Numbered from the stretch's first letter, positions 28,510 through 40,115 are shown. The stretch is DNA of 64,000 nt from an uncultured Spirochaetota bacterium (GCA_963734545.1 CAVTHO010000007.1:384001-448000); one strand, 5' to 3'. Notes: generated by a model not told the origin, from the letters alone. Program-made: numbers and translations.

Positions 28510-30343
28510 CTACTCACCTATGCCGAGGTCCTCGAAAAGCTTCTTGTACATGACAAAATAGTCGGAGCTGGCGAACTCCTGGATTTTCTCATCGGGAAGC
28601 GCCTCGAGGAGCTTGTCCATGTACCCGAGCACCGTCCGAAGTTCATCCTTGAGGTTGTCCGGAATTCCCGCCGCGCTGTCCGAAGAAGTCGGGGACGCAG
28701 CCGGTTCCACATCCAGAACCTCTTCGGCCTCGAGGATCTGGTCACCAGTATCCAATCCGCTGCCTTTGGCGGACTTCGAGGAAGGCTGCGACAGAACATC
28801 CGGCTCACTTTCGAATGCGATCTCGATCTCCTTTTCAGATGACTCGGCCGCTTCCTCGTCTTCCGACACGCTCTCCAGCTCGCCGATCTCCAGATCCTCC
28901 GCAGGTGCGAATGCCGCGTCATCCCCGAGCGTTTCCGCTTCGGAGGCCAGCGCTTCGAGGTCGACTTCCGGCGCACCGGAGCCTACGCTGCCCGCGGCAT
29001 CTTCGTCCAGTGCCTCGGCCTCTGGAATGGCCTCCAGATCCTCGACCTGTTCCGGAACCGCCTCGATGACGGTGGGCTCTTCGCCCAGGTCGAGCGTTTC
29101 GAGGTCTATCGTCTCGTCGCTGCGCTCGCTCTCCGCGCGCGCCGCGCCGCCAGATGCGGAAAGGGCTTCCGGGGCTTCCGTCTCGATCTCTTCTATCCCT
29201 TCCATATCGAGGCCGGGCAACTCTTCAACATCTTCCGCGGGCGCCGGCTGAGCGGTGAGCGGTTCCGCGTCAAGCTCCTCGAGGACGAGCTCGGTGGGAA
29301 GCTCTTCCAGGGTCGCGGTCCCTCCCTCATCACCGACCTCTTCCGCAAGGGGAATAGTGTCGTCCGCGGCGAGGGCCTCTGAGGAGGATCCCAGATCGTC
29401 CATGGCCGGGACAAGCGCATCCTCCTCCAGCGAAGGAGCATTCGTATCTCGAGGCATCCCTGGCCGGTCCCGCCTCCTCCGCCTCCTCGACGAGACCCAG
29501 CGCGTCCAGGCCCGATTCGACGCGCGGCGTCTCCGCCGCCTCTTCCGTGATGTCTGCCGTATTGAGGATATTGTCCAGCTCGTCTCCCGTGAGCGCGATT
29601 GTTTCATCCTCGTCTTCGTCGAAGAACCCGCTCGGTGCCTCGGCGCCCGCCGCCGGCGCTTCCACCGCAGGGGCGCTCGCGCCCTTGCGCAGTCCGGAGA
29701 GCTCGCCGCGCAACTCGGTAAGGTCTCTCCTGATCGAACGCAGCTCGTCCTCGATTTTTGCGAGTATTTCAGCGGACGATGACGAAGCCTTCTGCGTGGA
29801 AGTGGTGACGGAGGCGAGCTCGCTCTCCAGCGCCTCCAGATCGTCGAACCGGTCTTCCTCGAGGGCGTCTTCCGAGAGAGTCACCTCCACCTCGCCCGAA
29901 TCCCGGGTCCGGGAACTCCTCTGCCCGCCGGCTCGCGCGCCCCGGGCCGGCGGGACCTCTTCCAGATCAGGCAGCTCTTCGATCCCTGCATCTTCGTACG
30001 CGGGAGCGGTGCCTTCCCCGCCCACTGTCTCGATGTCGGGAAGCTCCTCCTCTTCGGCAAGGAGCGGTTCTTCCTCCGGAACACCGACCTCGGCAGATGC
30101 CTCTTCAGGGCCGAGCTCGCTTTCCAGCTCGTTCAGCAACTTCTCCTCATCGTCGGTCAGGGTACTTTCGTCGGACGCTGCTCTGCCGATCGAGGCGCTT
30201 TTCGGCGTTTCCAGGTCGGAGAGCTCGAAGGACGACTCGCTCTCAGGGAGCTCGGATACCTCCCGCGGCTTGACCTTCACCCAGACGCCGTATTGTTCGA
30301 GTTTTTTTTCACCCGCAGGGCTGCCCTGTGTTTCCCTTGCCAT
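28510..30343 (-). CDS. Very acidic, largely disordered protein with folded terminal motifs, with a frameshift near 29460
   Basis: AGGAGATAGG Shine-Dalgarno region. N-terminal LEQYGVWVK, central coiled coil, E/D-rich linkers, C-terminal LKDELRTVLGYMDKLLEALP helices. Confidence 0.7.
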
Positions 30344-30380
30344 TCCTATCTCCTGAGGATGCGGTTTTGCGCTATCCCGA

Positions 30381-30407
30381 TTATCGGCAAAAGGCGCCCT
30401 CACTTTC
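30381..30407 (-). promoter_or_regulatory. sigma28 (FliA)-type promoter
   Basis: GAAAGTGA-N11-GCCGATAA against the consensus TAAAGTTT-N11-GCCGATAA. A separate TTGACA-18-TACATT lies upstream (30456-30427). Confidence 0.65.
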
Positions 30408-30537
30408 GTGCAATCCGCACTAGGCTAATGTAATCCGGGTGTTTCCGGGTTGTCAATGGCGGGATCGGGCGCGGCAGGGGAGGGCACCTTTCCGCTCATT
30501 ATTATGTCGCCGGCAGCCGTTATGAGGAAAGAAGGCT

Positions 30538-30987
30538 ATGCGGCGTCTCTCCCCCATCCTCATCGTCATTTTCCTGGTCGCCTCTGTCCTGATCTTTCTC
30601 TTCGGGGACTCGGGCGTGCTTGCTTTCAGAGACCTGGAGAGCTACCGCCAGAGGCTGGCGCTGAATGTCGAGAGCCTTCAGCAGCACAACAGGAGCCTGA
30701 CGGCCGAGCTCGCGGATCTCAAAGAGAATGCCGAGCTGAATATCGTCCTTGCCCGGCGCCTGGGTCTGTACAGACCGGGCGACGCAGTGGTAAGGCTCGA
30801 AGGCCTGTCCACATCCCGGGTGGAGCGCTACGTCGTGGGGGACCTCCTGAAGCTCAGGAAGAGCGGCGGGGCACGGAGCGCGGTGGTGAAGACCGTCGCA
30901 ATATGTCTTTCGATGCTGCTCACCTTCTACGCTCTTCTTTCCGCCCGCGCGCTGCGAAGAAAAGCCCGTGGTAGTCAAGGCGGCTAG
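30538..30987 (+). CDS. Septum formation initiator (FtsB/DivIC family)
   Basis: N-terminal TM, FGDSG, coiled coil, ARRLGLYRPGD. Confidence 0.75.
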   Translation: MRRLSPILIVIFLVASVLIFLFGDSGVLAFRDLESYRQRLALNVESLQQHNRSLTAELADLKENAELNIVLARRLGLYRPGDAVVRLEGLSTSRVERYVVGDLLKLRKSGGARSAVVKTVAICLSMLLTFYALLSARALRRKARGSQGG

Positions 30988-31534
30988 CCCGGAAGCCTTC
31001 CGCTCGCTCGTACGGGTCCTCGCCTCCGGGGGCGTGGCAATCGCTCCCGGAGACACGATGTACGGCCTGGTGGGCATTGCTCCCGATTCGGGAGACCGGA
31101 TCCGGGAGATCAAGGGCAGGGGAGAGGACAAGCCGTTTCTCCAGCTCCTCCCGGATCCATCCTGGGTAGCGAAGTTTTCCCCGCTCGCCGCGCCTGCGAA
31201 CCTCCTGAAGCACTGGCCGGGCCCCCTGACACTCGTGTTTCCCGCCCGCGAGGGGGGGACGGTCGCCCTTCGCGTCCCTGACTCGCATTTTCTCCGGGAA
31301 CTGCTCGAGGCTGTCGGGCGACCGCTCTATTCCACGAGCGTGAATCGGGCGGGCGCTGCTCCCCTCCAGAGGGTGGAAGAAATGCGGCGGGAGTTTGAAG
31401 ACGTGGTGGATCTCATCTACGACGCAGGAGATCTCCCGCCCGGCCCTCCTTCCACGCTGGTGGACGTCACCTCCCGGCCCTGCAGGGTCCTCCGCCCCGG
31501 TGCTCTGCTGCTTTCCCCCGACGATCTCGCCTGA
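30968..31534 (+). CDS. tsaC: L-threonylcarbamoyladenylate synthase (TsaC/YrdC)
   Basis: DTMYGL, KGR..DKP, WPGPLTLV, RVP, STSVN, PSTLVD. Confidence 0.9.
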   Translation: MVVKAASPEAFRSLVRVLASGGVAIAPGDTMYGLVGIAPDSGDRIREIKGRGEDKPFLQLLPDPSWVAKFSPLAAPANLLKHWPGPLTLVFPAREGGTVALRVPDSHFLRELLEAVGRPLYSTSVNRAGAAPLQRVEEMRREFEDVVDLIYDAGDLPPGPPSTLVDVTSRPCRVLRPGALLLSPDDLA

Positions 31535-31538
31535 GCCT

Positions 31539-33878
31539 TCAGAAAATCAAGCCCATGACATCTTCCATCGTGGACACCGGTTGAAACGTGATGCCCTCCC
31601 GTACGTGATCGGGAATCTCGTCGAGGTCCTTCTGGTTTGCCTGGGGATATATCACCTTTCTTATCCTGTTCCGCCGCGCGGCGATCACTTTCTCCTTGAG
31701 CCCGCCGATGGGGAGAACACGGCCCACGAGTGACAGTTCGCCCGTCATGGCGAGCGATTTCTGGATCTTCTTCCCCGTCGCAAGGGACAACAGCGCGGAT
31801 GCCAGCGTGATGCCCGCGGAAGGTCCATCCTTCGGGGTTGCGCCGGCAGGCACGTGGAGGTGGATGAGATTCTTCTCCCAGAAATCGGCGCTCACCCCGT
31901 GCCCCGCGGCTATGTGCCGCACGTAGGAGTAGGCGATGTTCGCGGATTCCTGCATCACTTCACCCAGTTTTCCCGTCAGCTTGAACCCTTCCTTGCCTTC
32001 ATTGGCAATCGCCTCGATCGTGAGCACGGCGCCGCCCAGCTCGGTCCAGGCCAGCCCCGTGGCCATGCCGGGCTTGTTGGGCTGCGCGAGCTCCTCTTCG
32101 TGGAAAACAGGCTTTCCCAGGTAGTCGGCAAGCGTCTCTTTCTTGAGCTCGACGGGCAGCTTCACAGCCCCTTCAATGCTCTTCCGTGCGATCTTTCGAT
32201 GGACCTTGTCCAGGGCCTTTTCGAAGTTCCGCAAACCGGCTTCCCGCGCATAACCGTCCGCGATGGCGATGAGGGCCGGCGTGTCGTACTTGACGCTGGC
32301 CTTCGACAGACCGGCGCGCTCGAGTGACTTCGGTATGAGATATTTCCGGGCAATGGCCACTTTCTCCTTGTCGATGTAGCCGGAGAGGCGGATGACCTCC
32401 ATGCGGTCGAGCAGCGGCGCGGGTATGGAGTCCAGCGTATTGGCGGTTGTGACGAAAAGGATGTGCGAGAGATCGAACGGCAGGTCCAGGTAGTGATCGC
32501 GGAAGGCCACGTTCTGCTCCGGATCCAGAACTTCGAGGAGGGCGGAGGACGGGTCTCCCTGGTAGGACGCGCCGAGCTTGTCTATCTCGTCGATCATGTA
32601 GACCGGGCTCTTCGTCTTCACGATCTTGAGACCTTGAATGATCTTGCCCGGCATTGCGCCGATATACGTCCGCCTGTGGCCCTTGATCTCCGCCTCGTCA
32701 CGCATGCCGCCGACCGAAAAGCGGAAAAACTTCCTGCCGAGGGCACGGGCGATTGATTTTCCCACCGAGGTTTTTCCGACACCGGGGGGGCCGACAAGGC
32801 AGATGATGGAGCCCTTGTCGTCCCGCTTGAGCTTCCTCACTGCCAGGTATTCGACGATTCGCTCCTTCACGTCGTCCAGCCCGTAATGGTCCTCATTGAG
32901 GATGGCAAGCGCCTTTTCGATGTCGATCGACTCCTTCGAATCGTCATTCCATGGGAGCGCGACAATGGTCTCCAGATAGTTGCGGGAAACGGTGAACTCC
33001 GGGGAGTTGGCATCCATGAGGGAGAATTTCTCCAGCTCCTGCATCACCTGCTCTTTCACCTCGCCCTGGAGGTCGAGTTTTTCAACGATGTCCTTGAACC
33101 TCTGGTACTCTGCCGTCTTTGCATCCACCGCAAGACCCAGCTCGCCCTTGATTGCTTTCAATTCCTCCTTGAGGAAGTATTCACGCTGGCTCTTGGTTAT
33201 CTTTTCATTGAGCTGCCCCTGGATTTTTTTCTGGATTTTGAGCAGCTCCTGCTCCTTTTTTATGAATATGAGCACATATTCCATGCGCGCCCGCACGTCC
33301 GTCATTTCCAGGATTTTCTGCTGCTCCGCCCGGTCCAGATTGAGTATGGAGGTGATGAAATCCGCGATCTTGCCCGGGTGGTCAATGTTGACCATCGAAA
33401 GACGCATTTCCTCGGAAAAGAGCGGGTTGTCTTCCGAAATCTGCCTCATCTCGCTGATCAAGGCGCGCGTCATTGCCTTCACCTCGACGGTGTCGTAATT
33501 CTCGTCCTCCATATATTGGACGACGACGCTGACCGGAGCGCTTCCCTGCAGCACGCGCTTGATGCTGAAACGCTTCAATGTGGAAATGAAGATGTTCACG
33601 CCGCCGTCGGGCAGATTGATCCGGCGCACGATCTTGGCCGCGGTCCCCACCGTATAGAGGTCCTCCGCGGACGGGTTTTCCGTGTCTCCCGACTTGGTAA
33701 GGACGAGGCCGAGGAAGCTGTCCGCGCTGATGGCCTTCTCGACCGTGTCCGCGTCCGAGGCGGAAGGCAGCATGAGCGGGGTGAGGAGGCCCGGAAATAT
33801 CGGCTTTCCATGAAGGGGAAGGAGGAACAGCCTCGCGGGCAGTATTTGGTCGGCAGGGATGATCTGATGGTCGCTCAT
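31539..33878 (-). CDS. lon: ATP-dependent protease La
   Basis: GPPGVGKTS, DEIDK, HVPAGATPKDGPSAG, IGGLKEK. Confidence 0.97.
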   Translation of the reverse strand: MSDHQIIPADQILPARLFLLPLHGKPIFPGLLTPLMLPSASDADTVEKAISADSFLGLVLTKSGDTENPSAEDLYTVGTAAKIVRRINLPDGGVNIFISTLKRFSIKRVLQGSAPVSVVVQYMEDENYDTVEVKAMTRALISEMRQISEDNPLFSEEMRLSMVNIDHPGKIADFITSILNLDRAEQQKILEMTDVRARMEYVLIFIKKEQELLKIQKKIQGQLNEKITKSQREYFLKEELKAIKGELGLAVDAKTAEYQRFKDIVEKLDLQGEVKEQVMQELEKFSLMDANSPEFTVSRNYLETIVALPWNDDSKESIDIEKALAILNEDHYGLDDVKERIVEYLAVRKLKRDDKGSIICLVGPPGVGKTSVGKSIARALGRKFFRFSVGGMRDEAEIKGHRRTYIGAMPGKIIQGLKIVKTKSPVYMIDEIDKLGASYQGDPSSALLEVLDPEQNVAFRDHYLDLPFDLSHILFVTTANTLDSIPAPLLDRMEVIRLSGYIDKEKVAIARKYLIPKSLERAGLSKASVKYDTPALIAIADGYAREAGLRNFEKALDKVHRKIARKSIEGAVKLPVELKKETLADYLGKPVFHEEELAQPNKPGMATGLAWTELGGAVLTIEAIANEGKEGFKLTGKLGEVMQESANIAYSYVRHIAAGHGVSADFWEKNLIHLHVPAGATPKDGPSAGITLASALLSLATGKKIQKSLAMTGELSLVGRVLPIGGLKEKVIAARRNRIRKVIYPQANQKDLDEIPDHVREGITFQPVSTMEDVMGLIF

Positions 33879-34046
33879 TTTTTTCTCCGTTGTGGATTCA
33901 ACTTAAGAATTCGCGCTCCCCGGGTCAAGCGTAGGCATGGATGCCGAGGGCCGACGAGCGCAGGGATGCACGAAAGGAGGCCCTGCGGGCGGGCGTGTTG
34001 CCATGGGCCGCGTATCTCCACTACTATGAGGGCGGAAGCGCAAGGA

Positions 34047-34802
34047 ATGTATCGAAGCATCTCCACCCAGGCGATAGTGATCCGCAGGGAACGGTTCGGA
34101 GAATTCCACAAGAGCCTCACGCTCCTGACGTCCGACCTTGGCCTGATCACCGCCACCGCGTACGGCGCCTACAAGATGCACAGTCACCTTCGCGTGGGGA
34201 GCGAGCCGTTCACGTGGTCGTCCACCGTGCTGTACCACAATCCGGTGAAGAAGAGCTACAAGGTCACCGACCTCGATATTCGGGAGTCGTTTCCCGGCCT
34301 GCAGAGCGATCTCTCCCGGATCGCCGCCGCCTCGCTCTGGGCTGAGGTCGTCCAGAAATCCTACGGCGCCGGAGAAGTCTCCAGCATGCTCTTTCGTCTT
34401 TTTCTGGACTGCCTGCGCCTGTTGAACGCGCCGGACCTCGTTCGGGAACCGTACGTCACCATGCAATTCCTGTGGCGTTTTCTCTCTCTGGCCGGCTACC
34501 AGCCCGAGACGAGGACCTGCGAGAGATGCGGAGCCGCCCACGGAGAGGCAAAGCCCGCATACTACTCCTCTCTTTCCCACGCCATTCTCTGCCCCGCGTG
34601 CCGGGGCCCGCTTGACGATGCCCTTCCCGCGGGCTCGTTGCGCTATCTGGACGCGAGCTCCGTGCTTCCGCTTGAAAGGTCGATCGAAGTCCGGCTCGAG
34701 CCGGCAGGTCTGCGCGCGTTGCGGGAGACCCTCCCGCGCATGGTGCAATCCGTCCTCGAAGGTGAGCTTGCTTCCCTGCGCTGGGTGGGGGCTTCCCTTT
34801 GA
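34047..34802 (+). CDS. recO: DNA repair protein RecO
   Basis: N-terminal OB fold and CERC...CPAC zinc finger. Confidence 0.88.
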   Translation: MYRSISTQAIVIRRERFGEFHKSLTLLTSDLGLITATAYGAYKMHSHLRVGSEPFTWSSTVLYHNPVKKSYKVTDLDIRESFPGLQSDLSRIAAASLWAEVVQKSYGAGEVSSMLFRLFLDCLRLLNAPDLVREPYVTMQFLWRFLSLAGYQPETRTCERCGAAHGEAKPAYYSSLSHAILCPACRGPLDDALPAGSLRYLDASSVLPLERSIEVRLEPAGLRALRETLPRMVQSVLEGELASLRWVGASL

Positions 34803-35353
34803 GAGTGTTTGCCGCTCTCCCTCTTCCGCCGGCCGTCGTGGGCTCCCTCGATTCGGCGCTGGCCCCCGCCCGCCGCGCGTACACGGGGCTTCGCTGGGTT
34901 TCCGCCGGCGGGTTTCACGTGACGCTGCACTTCTTCGGCGAGGTGACCGAACCCGGTGTCGCCGCCCTCCGGCAGGTGTTCGATGATCCGGACCTCCGGG
35001 TGCCGGCCATTCCCGCGCGGCTCGGGAAAATCGGCCAGTTTCCTCCGCGGGGAAAGCCGAGAGTTCTCTGGGTGGGGCTGGCGCGCGGAGAGCCGGAGAT
35101 GAGGGCGTACTGGACTCTCCTCGAAAAGAAAATAGCCCCTCTTGGCTGGAGCGCCGATGAAAGGGGATTTTCGGCCCACATCACGGTCGCGCGGGCAGGG
35201 AAATCGGCCGTTGCAGGCGGGGATGTGATGGTGGAAATACCCGGGACTGATTTTTTCGTGGAAGAGTGCGTGCTCTTTCAATCCATCCTCGGACGTGACG
35301 GCGCGCAGTATGTGCCATTGAAAAAGATCCCTCTGGAGAGGGGGCCAGGATGA
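34799..35353 (+). CDS. thpR: RNA 2',3'-cyclic phosphodiesterase (2H family)
   Basis: MRVFAAL, HVTLHF and HITVAR 2H motifs. Confidence 0.9.
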   Translation: MRVFAALPLPPAVVGSLDSALAPARRAYTGLRWVSAGGFHVTLHFFGEVTEPGVAALRQVFDDPDLRVPAIPARLGKIGQFPPRGKPRVLWVGLARGEPEMRAYWTLLEKKIAPLGWSADERGFSAHITVARAGKSAVAGGDVMVEIPGTDFFVEECVLFQSILGRDGAQYVPLKKIPLERGPG

Positions 35354-36660
35354 GGCCTGTCGACCTGATCATGAAGAAACGGGACGGGGGTGTATTCTCC
35401 CCGGAGGAGATCGACTTCCTCGTGCAGGGCTTCACACGCGGTGAGATCCCCGACTATCAATTCGCCGCGCTCCTCATGGCAATCGTGCTGAAGGGCATGG
35501 TCCCCGAAGAGACGGCGCGGCTGACCCGCGCAATGATCGAGTCGGGGGACGCGTGGGACCTCGCCGGCGTTCCGGGCCCGCTCGTGGACAAGCATTCCAC
35601 CGGAGGGGTGGGTGACAAGATCTCACTCACCCTCGCGCCGCTCGCCGCCGCGTGCGGGATCCGGGTGCCGATGATGAGCGGCAGGTCCCTGGGGCACACG
35701 GGCGGCACGCTGGACAAGCTGGAATCGATCCCCGGCTACCGGACCGACCTGCCCCTGGCGAAATTCAGGAGCGGGCTGGAAGAAGTCGGGTTCGCCATGA
35801 TCGGACAGAGCGAGACGGTCGTTCCCGCGGACCGCCGCATGTACGCCCTGCGCGACGTCACGGGCACCGTGGAGTCGATCCCGCTCATCACCGCGAGCAT
35901 CATGTCGAAGAAGTTCGCGGAGGGCGCGCAGTCGCTCGTCTTCGACGTGAAGTGCGGGGCGGGCGCGTTCATGAAGAGCCGCGACCAGGCGCGGGCCCTG
36001 TCCCGCTCTCTCGTTGCAACGGGAGCCGGTCTGGGCCGCCGGGTGGTGGCGCTCATCACGGACATGGACCGGCCGCTGGGGCGAAAGATCGGCAACTTCC
36101 TCGAGGTCGAGGAGACCATCGACTGCCTGCAGGGAAAAGGGCCGGTGGACGAGATGGACCTGACCTTCCGCCTGGTCGGCTGGATGCTCACCCTCGGGGG
36201 CCTTTGCCCGGATCCGCAAACCGGAGAGGCGCGCGCCCGGGAGAAACTGGCGGACGGCTCGGCCTGGAAGGTTTTCCTGCGGAATGTCGCCTTCCAGGGC
36301 GGGGACGTCGAGGCGGTGCTCCATCCTGAAAAGGTCCCTCACGCAAGAATCACCGCGCCGCTGGGAGCGCGCGCGGAAGGGTGGCTTGCCCGCATCGACG
36401 CGTACAAGGTCGGCATCGCTTCCGTGATACTCGGAGCGGGCCGCTCCCGGCAGGGCGACATGGTCCTGCCGGGGGTCGGCATCACGCTGCTCAAGGAGCA
36501 GGGAGACGCCGTTGTCCGGGGGGAAGAGTTGTGCCTCGTGCATGGAGAAGATGAGGCAAGGGTGGCGGAGGCCCTGGGGGTGCTCGAATCTGCCTTTGAA
36601 ACAGGGAACGTCAGGCGCATACCGGGCCCGCGGGTCCTGGAGGAGATCACCCAGGCATGA
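35350..36660 (+). CDS. pdp: Pyrimidine-nucleoside/thymidine phosphorylase
   Basis: DKHSTGGVGDK, SGRSLGHTGGTLDKLE, RDVTGTV. Confidence 0.93.
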   Translation: MRPVDLIMKKRDGGVFSPEEIDFLVQGFTRGEIPDYQFAALLMAIVLKGMVPEETARLTRAMIESGDAWDLAGVPGPLVDKHSTGGVGDKISLTLAPLAAACGIRVPMMSGRSLGHTGGTLDKLESIPGYRTDLPLAKFRSGLEEVGFAMIGQSETVVPADRRMYALRDVTGTVESIPLITASIMSKKFAEGAQSLVFDVKCGAGAFMKSRDQARALSRSLVATGAGLGRRVVALITDMDRPLGRKIGNFLEVEETIDCLQGKGPVDEMDLTFRLVGWMLTLGGLCPDPQTGEARAREKLADGSAWKVFLRNVAFQGGDVEAVLHPEKVPHARITAPLGARAEGWLARIDAYKVGIASVILGAGRSRQGDMVLPGVGITLLKEQGDAVVRGEELCLVHGEDEARVAEALGVLESAFETGNVRRIPGPRVLEEITQA

Positions 36661-38759
36661 TCTGGAACAAGACCCCCGTCGACGCGCAGGCGGTCAAGGA
36701 TCTCGCCCGCCGGTATGAAATCGAGCTGCTGGCTGCCGCCATACTCACCCGGAGGGGGATTACCGCGCCGGAACCCCTGCGATTCGTCCTGGAGAGCGAT
36801 CCCCGGTTCCTGCACAATCCATTCCTCATGGCATCGATGGGCGAGGCGGTGGAGAGAATCGATGCGGCGGTGGACAGCGGTGAGAAAATCCTGATCTTCG
36901 GCGATCGTGACGTGGACGGCATCACTGCCACGGTGCTGCTCTATGAGGCGCTCGCGGAAATGGATGCCGACGGTTCAGTGGATGCTTCCTGAGGGAGATG
37001 CGACCTACGGTCTGTCGGAGAAGGTGATAGACGAGGCTCTTGCGGCCGGCATCGGCCTTCTCATCACGGTGGATTGCGGCATATCGAACGTGGACGAGAT
37101 CCGCTATGCGGCGGAAAAGGGCCTCGATACAATCGTCTTCGACCACCACAATCCGCCGTCCGAGCTCCCGGCCGCTTTCGCCCTCGTGGACCCCAAGCTC
37201 CCCGGATACCCTTTCCGGGACCTGTGCGGGTGCGCCGTGGCGTCCAAGGTGGAGTGGGCGCTCCGTTTTTCCCGGTCTCCTTTCTTCGGCGTCTCTGTCT
37301 GCCTCCTGAACGCCCGGCCCGCCAATGAAACATTCGTCGTGGAGGCGGTGCGCCTGACAAACCTCGTCGAGACCGGCCGGATCATGGAGAACGTCGTGCC
37401 GGGTCTCGTCGCATTCGAGGGTTCACGCCTTGCCGGTTTCATCGGCCAGGACGAAGTGCTGGTCATGGACGCCCCCGCGCACGCGCGCCTCCTCGACCGG
37501 GCGTTCGGATCAGTGCCCGTCCCTCTCTCCGACCTCTCCCCGCTGATCGCTCAGTTCCTTCCGGCGCTCGCGGGGAAATCACTCCTGCGCATCCAGGAAT
37601 CCTCGCGCTCGGCGCGCTACTGCTCGAAGGCGCTCACCGAGATCGACACTCTCGAGGAGCTCTTCATCTCCCTCGTGCTCAAGCGTGAGGAGGCGCGCCT
37701 GGCGCCCGCGCTCTCCCGTCTGGATCTCGTGACCCTTGGCACACTCGCCGACCTGATGCCGCTGGTGGACGAGAACCGGATCCTCGTGCGCCGGGGGCTC
37801 GCGCTGCTGCGGGCATCGGAGCGCAGCGGTCTTCGCCAGGTGTTCAAGCGCAAGGACCTGCTGGGAAAACGGATCAGCACCACGGACATCGCCTGGCAGG
37901 TTTCACCGCTTCTCAATTCGGCGGGGCGCATGGGGGAGCCGGGCATCGCGACGAACCTGTTCCTCGCAAAGACGGCGGAGGAAGCGGAAGCCATCGTCAA
38001 CCAGCTCTTCGCCCTGGACGGCCAGCGCAAGAACGTGGGGGAGAACACCTGGAACCTCATGCTGGAGCAGGCCAAGGAGTCCCTGGAAAGGACCGGGGGA
38101 AGATGCGTGCTGGTGCACGATGCGCGCATCCAGCGCGGCATCACCGGAATCATGGCGTCGCGGCTGCAGGGTTTCTTCAAGACCCCGGCAATCGTCATAG
38201 CGGAGTCGGACGATACGGCAGTGGGTTCGATCAGGTGCAATCGCGAAAAAGTGATCGCCGAATTCTTCGCCCGTCACTCCGGCGACTTTCTTACCCACGG
38301 CGGACACGATTTCGCCGCGGGGTTCAGCATCGAGCCCTCGCGACTGGCGCCTTTCCTTGACGCCTTCTTCTCCCGCGTGGAAGAGATCGCCTTGCCCGCG
38401 CCGGGTGAGGAGACCATTGCGATAGACGCGGAGATCCCGGCATCGTTCCTGTCCCCCGATCTCCAGAAGACCGTCGACCTTTTCGAGCCGTACGGCGAGG
38501 GAAATCCGCAGCTCACGTTTCTCACGCGGGGAATGCGCATCTCGCAGTGCGAGCTCATCGGCAGGAAGGACCTCAATCATCTGAAGCTTCTTCTCGATTC
38601 GGGCAAGACCAGGTGGCCGGCCGTCTACTGGAACGCCGCATCGCGCTTTCCCGGAGACTTCGCAATTGGAGACGTGGTGAACGTCGTGTACCGGCTGGGG
38701 AGGAACTCCTACGCCGGGGGGAGAATCTCCAGCTCACCATTCTGGACCTTCAGAAATGA
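36657..38759 (+). CDS. recJ: Single-stranded-DNA exonuclease RecJ, with frameshifts near 36971 and 38718
   Basis: GDRDVDG, TVDCG, DHH, GTLADLMPL, NSAGR, GGH..AAG, EPYGEGNP. Confidence 0.88.
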
Positions 38760-39854
38760 ACCGCCTCCCGGGCCGCGCCGCGCTTTTCGCGTTTCTTCTT
38801 CTGCTCGTGCGCCCCCTCGGGGCGGGAACACTGCTCCTCAACGATCCGTATCTCATGCTCTGTGTGACGGACCCCGGTGCCCGCTATACGGTCGTGGATG
38901 GCGCTCTTCACGCCGCACAGGGTCTCTTCTCGTTCTTCCCGCCATGGGGGCGGCCTCTTGAGCCGCGGATCCAGGTCCCCTCGCAGGGACGTCCGGGAGA
39001 TCTCCTGCAGGTGTTCATATCTTCCGATGAGCCGCTGGGATCCGTCACGGTGACGCTGCGGGAGACGGGAAAACAGGAGTTGTCACGGACCGCGGGGTTC
39101 CGCGTTTCGTCGGACCGGGCGCGGGACACATGGGCTGCTCTCATCGGCGTGCCTGCCGGCGCAGCCGTCCGCGAGTACTCTCTCGGGCTCCGTATTGCGG
39201 CCGGGCAGCGAAGCTGCCTCCTGCTGAAGCCGTTCAGCCTCCAGCCGCGGAGCTTCTTCTCCGAGCGGATCGGGCTCACAAAGGATCTGACGGCGCTCTA
39301 CGCGGTTCCCGATCCCCGCAAGGCTGCGGAATACCGCGTGCTTTCCCGGATCCTGTCGACGCCGCATCCTGACGCCCTGTATGAGACGGGACCGATGCTG
39401 CTCCCGCTTCCGACAGCACGCCGCACATCAGGATACGGTGACAGGCGCGTCTACCTGCTGGCGGACGCGAGCCGGCGAGCTCTCGATCCACGAGGGCATC
39501 GATCTCGCCGAGCCCATCGACACCCCTGTACCCGCGTGCGGCCGGGGAAGGGTCGTGTTTGCCTCCAGCAGGATGCTCACAGGGAACACGCTCGTCATCG
39601 AGCACCTCCCCGGCCTGTTCTCGATCTACTACCATCTGTCCGCCCTGATGGCGGCGGAAGGCGACCTTGTGGAGAAAGGTCAGATCATCGGCAAGGTCGG
39701 GATGACCGGATTCGCCACGGGCCCGCACCTCCACTGGGAGGTCCGGTCAATGGGTTGTGCGGTGGATCCGGATGAGCTGACCCAGGGTCCCCTCCTTGAC
39801 AGAAAGGCCGCTTTTCAGGACATTGAACAAAGCAAGAGCACCGAAGGGAGGTGA
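38756..39854 (+). CDS. M23 family metallopeptidase, with a frameshift near 39472
   Basis: Signal peptide; HEGID, YYHLS and [15 protein letters not shown] lie in the second frame. Confidence 0.85.
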
Positions 39855-40069
39855 TTGCCATAGCTTATATAGAAGTAAGCGACGATGAGCCCCTGGAGAA
39901 AGCCATCAAGCGTTTCAAACGCCAGGTCGAGAAGGAGGGGATCATCCGGGAATGGAAGAAGAGGGAGTTCTTCGAGAAGCCCTCGGCCATTCTCAATCGC
40001 AAGAAAAAGGCCCTTGAGCGCAAGCGCATGAAGAGAGCGCGCAAGGTCTCTGCGATGAAGAGCTATTGA
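39851..40069 (+). CDS. rpsU: 30S ribosomal protein S21
   Basis: [11 protein letters not shown]...REFFEKPS. Confidence 0.95.
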   Translation: MIAIAYIEVSDDEPLEKAIKRFKRQVEKEGIIREWKKREFFEKPSAILNRKKKALERKRMKRARKVSAMKSY

Positions 40070-40090
40070 CGGCACTGATCTTTGACTAGG

Positions 40091-40115
40091 AAAGGCCCCC
40101 GCTCAGGGGGCCTTT
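40091..40115. terminator. Hairpin terminator between convergent genes
   Basis: AAAGGCCCCC-GCTCA-GGGGGCCTTT. Confidence 0.75.
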
